Shown here piece after piece: positions 36,500 to 39,980 of a stretch of 39,980 nt of DNA. Position 1 is the stretch's first letter. Each line of letters begins with the position of its first letter. The notes below the pieces were generated by a model that did not search any database, was not told where the DNA came from, and saw nothing but the letters and a program-made list of their open reading frames with translations. The stretch is taken from contig LBUD01000015.1 in NCBI GenBank assembly GCA_000992395.1, positions 1 to 39,980 of the forward strand, in the 5' to 3' direction. The DNA comes from Parcubacteria group bacterium GW2011_GWA2_38_13 (GTDB lineage: Bacteria > Patescibacteriota > Patescibacteriia > Buchananbacterales > GWA2-38-13). Made by a program: the position numbers and the translations under genes.

Positions 36500-38014
36500 T
36501 TACTTATTCAATGCCGCGCGTGTCGCCGGGCCCACATATCCCAATTGCGAAATGCCATGCGCTTTCTGAAACTTCTTTACTCCCGCAAATGTTAAGACTC
36601 CAAATTTTCCCGTAATAGGGCCGCTATAAACACTTTCTTGCGTCAAACGATTTTGAAGTTCCTTTACATCATCTCCCGTTGCTCCAATATTTAAAAATCT
36701 TGAAAAAACAAAAGTTTTCACACCCAAAACAACTCCTGGATCAGTTGAATCTTTGTCCGGCTCTATTGATCCGACCATAATGGTAAATGCAGGAATGTCA
36801 AGGCGATTACTAGCCACACCGTTTGAATCCGTAACAATTATGGAACAATTATTGTGCAAACCGCGGCTTAATGCATTAAATTGTATACTATTTTTTCCAA
36901 CCAAAGCAACCATTGTCGGGCTTGCGCAGTCCCCGAAATATTTTATTGATCCGGCTTGTGTGGCGCTAAATTCATACACCGGGCTCGTGCTGAAAACTTC
37001 ATACGGAATCGGCGTCACCTGCGCTATTGCAGGGCCTAAAGCAAAAATAATTTTTTGAATATCGTTTCCGGAAAATGCCGGGCTGATATTGCCTTGAGCG
37101 TCAGCTATAACAACATCCGTGATTTGTAAAGGCGCGCTTCGGCTTATATGCCCCGAAGCAACCGTATAGATAGCCGTGTAATTGTAACCACGATCAATAG
37201 TGGTCCAGTTGAGCGATACGCCATTGTATGATCCGAAAATTCGCAAATTCGGATCCGGAGTTTTTGGCATTAAGCGGAATCGTATTGTTTCACCCATTTT
37301 TAATATTCCGGACGAGGTCGCGTCTGATGTTAATGAAAAAATTTCCGGAACCGTGCTATTGAAATTTAACGTTGCCCGAACAGGAGATGCTCTAGCTCCC
37401 GATATATCTTCCATGTTTATAATAAATGGCACAAGGCCCGCAGTATCGCTATCCGTATAGGTATATGTTGCCACATATGGCCCGATACCGCTTCCGGAAA
37501 CGCTCACGGTGTGGCCGGAAATTACAATTGTTGGAGTTTTTATTGACTCGCTCGTGATAAATGTAAGCGTAAGGGTGTCGTTCTTTTTTGCAATGCCCGC
37601 ACCAAAACTATTGGAATTTGTAGAAAATATCAGGGATGTAATGGTTGGAGCCTGGCCGTCAATTACATTGATATATGTTCCTACAAACGGCGTATTATCG
37701 CGCTCACTCACGGTACCGGCGCCCAAAGTAAATCCACCCGCGGTAATGGGAGAAAAACCCGCGCCATCAAAAGTAAGTGTTATATATCTCGTTCCGCTTC
37801 CGCTTAATCCGGTGATAGATCTTCCGCTTAATGCTCCGGTGAAACCCGTGTAATCGGAGATTTTTGTATACACCGCTTCTGAAAATTCTATAGATACCTC
37901 GCTTTGCGAAGTGATTTTCGCGCTCACAACTATCGGAGCGCTTGCGGCAACGTTTGAAACCGCGCCAAAAAATATTATTACGCCAACAATCACTACTCGC
38001 ATTGTTTTTTTCAT
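36500..38014 (-). CDS. Secreted Ig-like domain protein with C-terminal peptidoglycan-binding domain
   Basis: Signal peptide; LNIGATGDDVKELQNRL...GKFGVLT...KFQ...GYVGPATRAALN. Confidence 0.85.
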   Translation of the reverse strand: MKKTMRVVIVGVIIFFGAVSNVAASAPIVVSAKITSQSEVSIEFSEAVYTKISDYTGFTGALSGRSITGLSGSGTRYITLTFDGAGFSPITAGGFTLGAGTVSERDNTPFVGTYINVIDGQAPTITSLIFSTNSNSFGAGIAKKNDTLTLTFITSESIKTPTIVISGHTVSVSGSGIGPYVATYTYTDSDTAGLVPFIINMEDISGARASPVRATLNFNSTVPEIFSLTSDATSSGILKMGETIRFRLMPKTPDPNLRIFGSYNGVSLNWTTIDRGYNYTAIYTVASGHISRSAPLQITDVVIADAQGNISPAFSGNDIQKIIFALGPAIAQVTPIPYEVFSTSPVYEFSATQAGSIKYFGDCASPTMVALVGKNSIQFNALSRGLHNNCSIIVTDSNGVASNRLDIPAFTIMVGSIEPDKDSTDPGVVLGVKTFVFSRFLNIGATGDDVKELQNRLTQESVYSGPITGKFGVLTFAGVKKFQKAHGISQLGYVGPATRAALNK

Positions 38015-38051
38015 ATTTTTATACTATATAATAATTGATTAAAAGTTTTTG

Positions 38052-38139
38052 ATTGTCATCCCCTCGACGATTCGAGGGAATCCAAAAATAAATCATTACA
38101 ACAATTTTCTAGATTCCGCATCATGCGCGGAATGACAAT
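38052..38139. repeat. REP-like inverted pair
   Basis: ATTGTCATCCC-hairpin-GAATCCA ... TAGATTCC-hairpin-GGAATGACAAT. Confidence 0.75.
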
Positions 38140-38156
38140 TATTATTATTCTACCAT

Positions 38157-38188
38157 AAAAAAAGAGCCCCATGCAAAGCACGGGGCTC
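38157..38188 (-). terminator. Intrinsic terminator
   Basis: Minus strand GAGCCCCGTGC-TTT-GCATGGGGCTC followed by T7. Confidence 0.85.
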
Positions 38189-38326
38189 AATAGCCAACTG
38201 GAAAAGGTCTCAGGTTAGATTTTTTTTCTTCTTATACTTTCCTCCTTAAATATGTTTATGGCCTGATTAAAAGATCGAACGAAGAAAGGGGTTTGAAAAA
38301 TTGATTTCCAGTCCCCCGAATGCTTA

Positions 38327-38445
38327 TTTATAGCATATCTAAATATTTTTTTCAATACTTCAATAATAAATTTTTGCTAAGTTTTAACCAAAAATATAGA
38401 TATATAATTCATTTTATTGATAAATAAATACAATTATGATAAAAT
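38327..38445. promoter_or_regulatory. Back-to-back sigma70 promoters
   Basis: Minus: TTGAAA(38355)-17-TATAAA(38332-38327). Plus: TTGATA(38417)-17-TAAAAT(38440-38445). Both have TG extensions. Confidence 0.6.
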
Positions 38446-38451
38446 CATTTC

Positions 38452-38648
38452 AGATCGCATACCCACCGAATGGAGCGCAAAGCTCTTCCACCCACGCGGT
38501 CTCTTCCCCTTAAAGGAGGACACAAGTCCTGGGAAGCAATGTTTCACAGAGCGCCGGCGTTTACAGTACGCCAATTACCCAAACAAGCGTCTCTGATGGA
38601 GCGAATCTTGCCATGAGCAGAAGCACCTTTAGCCTCTGCTCTTTTTTT
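38452..38648 (+). other. About 195-nt GC-rich transcription unit: 48-aa ORF (38470-38616) or structured ncRNA
   Basis: Promoter upstream, terminator GAGCAGAAGC...GCCTCTGCTC-T7 at 38615-38648. Confidence 0.55.
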
Positions 38649-38656
38649 ATTGGTAA

Positions 38657-39979
38657 TTAAGAATTTTTTAAGTATTTTCTCCCTTTTAATTTATCAGGAA
38701 AATATTGTTGGTCTTCCTTCCATTCATAATCCGGAGAATATTTATAATCTTTGCCGTACCCAACTTCTTTCATAAGTTTTGTCGGAGCATTTCGCAAATG
38801 CAAAGGCACGGGCTCATCCATGGTTTCTTTCACGTCCTGTTTCACCTGCCCGTACGCCTGATACACCTCTACGGATTTTTTGGATTTTGCCAAATACGCC
38901 ACGCACTGCGCCAAAACAACGTCGCACTCCGGCATGCCCATAAAATGGCACGCATGGTAGCACGCAACGGCCTCCACAAGCGCCGTTGGATTGGCTAAGC
39001 CGATATCTTCCACTGCCATTCTTATCAAGCGCCGTGCTACATAAAGCGGGTCTTCTCCGGACTCCAGCATCCTTCCAAGCCAATAGAGCGCGGCATCGGC
39101 ATTGCCTCCGCGAACGCTTTTATGAAGCGCGGAAATAATATTATAATGCTCCTCCCCTTGCCTATCATACAGATGGGTTTTTTGCAAAGCTTCTTTAATT
39201 TTAGATTTTTCAATAATAATTCTTTGTTCCCCCTCTCCTGTCCCTCGGTTTGCGCTCAGGACATCCTCTCCCTGCCTACCGGCAGGCAGGCCACCTAGGG
39301 GCGAGGAAACTTTTCTCTTCTCCCCCTCACCCCGCCCTCTTTCCCTTGGGGAGAGAATCTCCTTTTGGGAGGACTTTTTCTTTATATCATTCTCCCTCCC
39401 CCCTTTGTGGGGGAGGGCTGGGGAGAGGGGTGTGGATTTCACCGCGAACTCCAAGGCATTAAGCGCGGTTCTGGCGTCGCCATTTGAAAATTCTGACAAA
39501 TACAAAATAGCTTCATCATCCATTTTAATTTTAATATTTCCCAAACCCTTTTCTTTATTTTCTAACGCTTGCCGTAATATTTTTTCAATACTATGGATGG
39601 AAAGCTGTTCCAAAACAAAAACACGGCTGCGCGAAAGCAGAGCTGAATTTATTTCAAAAGAAGGATTTTCGGTTGTCGCGCCAATCAAAGTGACAACGCC
39701 TTTTTCCACGTGCGGCAAAAGCCCGTCTTGTTGCGCTTTGTTCCAGCGATGGATTTCATCAATAAATAAAATCGTGCGCTTGTTATACGACTTGCGCCTA
39801 TTTTCCGCCTGCTCAATAACTTCGCGGAATTCTTTCACGCCCGAAGATACGGCGGAAAATTGCACGAATGTGGATTTGGTCATTTTTGCAATCACCCACG
39901 CAAGCGTGGTTTTGCCCGATCCCGGCGGGCCCCAAAAAATCATTGACGGGATGTCATCCTTTTCAATTGCCTGGCGTAA
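38657..39979 (-). CDS. rarA: Replication-associated recombination protein A (RarA/MgsA), 5' end outside the window, with a roughly 65-aa insertion
   Basis: GPPGSGKTT, FIDEIHRWNKAQQD, GATTENP, GDAR, ISALHKSVRG, EDIGLA, VPLHLRNAPT. Confidence 0.95.
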   Translation of the reverse strand, partial: LRQAIEKDDIPSMIFWGPPGSGKTTLAWVIAKMTKSTFVQFSAVSSGVKEFREVIEQAENRRKSYNKRTILFIDEIHRWNKAQQDGLLPHVEKGVVTLIGATTENPSFEINSALLSRSRVFVLEQLSIHSIEKILRQALENKEKGLGNIKIKMDDEAILYLSEFSNGDARTALNALEFAVKSTPLSPALPHKGGRENDIKKKSSQKEILSPRERGRGEGEKRKVSSPLGGLPAGRQGEDVLSANRGTGEGEQRIIIEKSKIKEALQKTHLYDRQGEEHYNIISALHKSVRGGNADAALYWLGRMLESGEDPLYVARRLIRMAVEDIGLANPTALVEAVACYHACHFMGMPECDVVLAQCVAYLAKSKKSVEVYQAYGQVKQDVKETMDEPVPLHLRNAPTKLMKEVGYGKDYKYSPDYEWKEDQQYFPDKLKGRKYLKNS

Positions 39980-39980
39980 T

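Noticed and set aside
38510-38545. SRP RNA or RNase P RNA (GAGGACACAAGTCC, GGGAAGCA)
   Set aside because: Lacks the SRP GNRA-capped helix 8 and the RNase P GAGGAAAGTCC and 3' P4 consensus; too short for RNase P
1-39980. Alternative genetic code (TGA as Gly or Trp)
   Set aside because: Conserved genes are full length under code 11 and several end properly in TGA

Overview
AT-rich bacterial window with the gene content of Patescibacteria (CPR, probably an ABY1/Parcubacteria-type lineage; inferred from the S-layer N-terminal domain, the PaaX/Cas2-like protein, DUF5667 and the general lack of Shine-Dalgarno sites). Bases 1-29 kb form a surface-glycan locus: seven GT4 glycosyltransferases, nucleotide-sugar enzymes, three GT-C (ArnT/PMT-like) transferases, a WaaL-like ligase with TPRs, a TPR protein and a large Ser/Thr-rich S-layer-like gene. 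An ECF sigma/DUF5667/HtrA-like module, hypothetical genes, a NUDIX hydrolase, a peptidoglycan-binding protein and a partial rarA follow. The most unusual signals are: (1) three copies of a 38-bp palindrome that alternate with a wHTH-Cas2-like (PaaX-type) gene and a GC-richer 942-aa GNAT-domain gene inside the glycosyltransferase operon; (2) a GT4 fused in frame to a VTC polyphosphate-polymerase-type domain; (3) several families of heptamer-periodic and palindromic elements, some translated in frame inside proteins; (4) a second two-gene unit bounded by about 50-bp direct repeats; (5) small promoter-to-terminator units missed by the ORF track. No tRNA, rRNA, CRISPR array or transposase was seen. 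All assignments come from reading motifs by eye, not from database searches.
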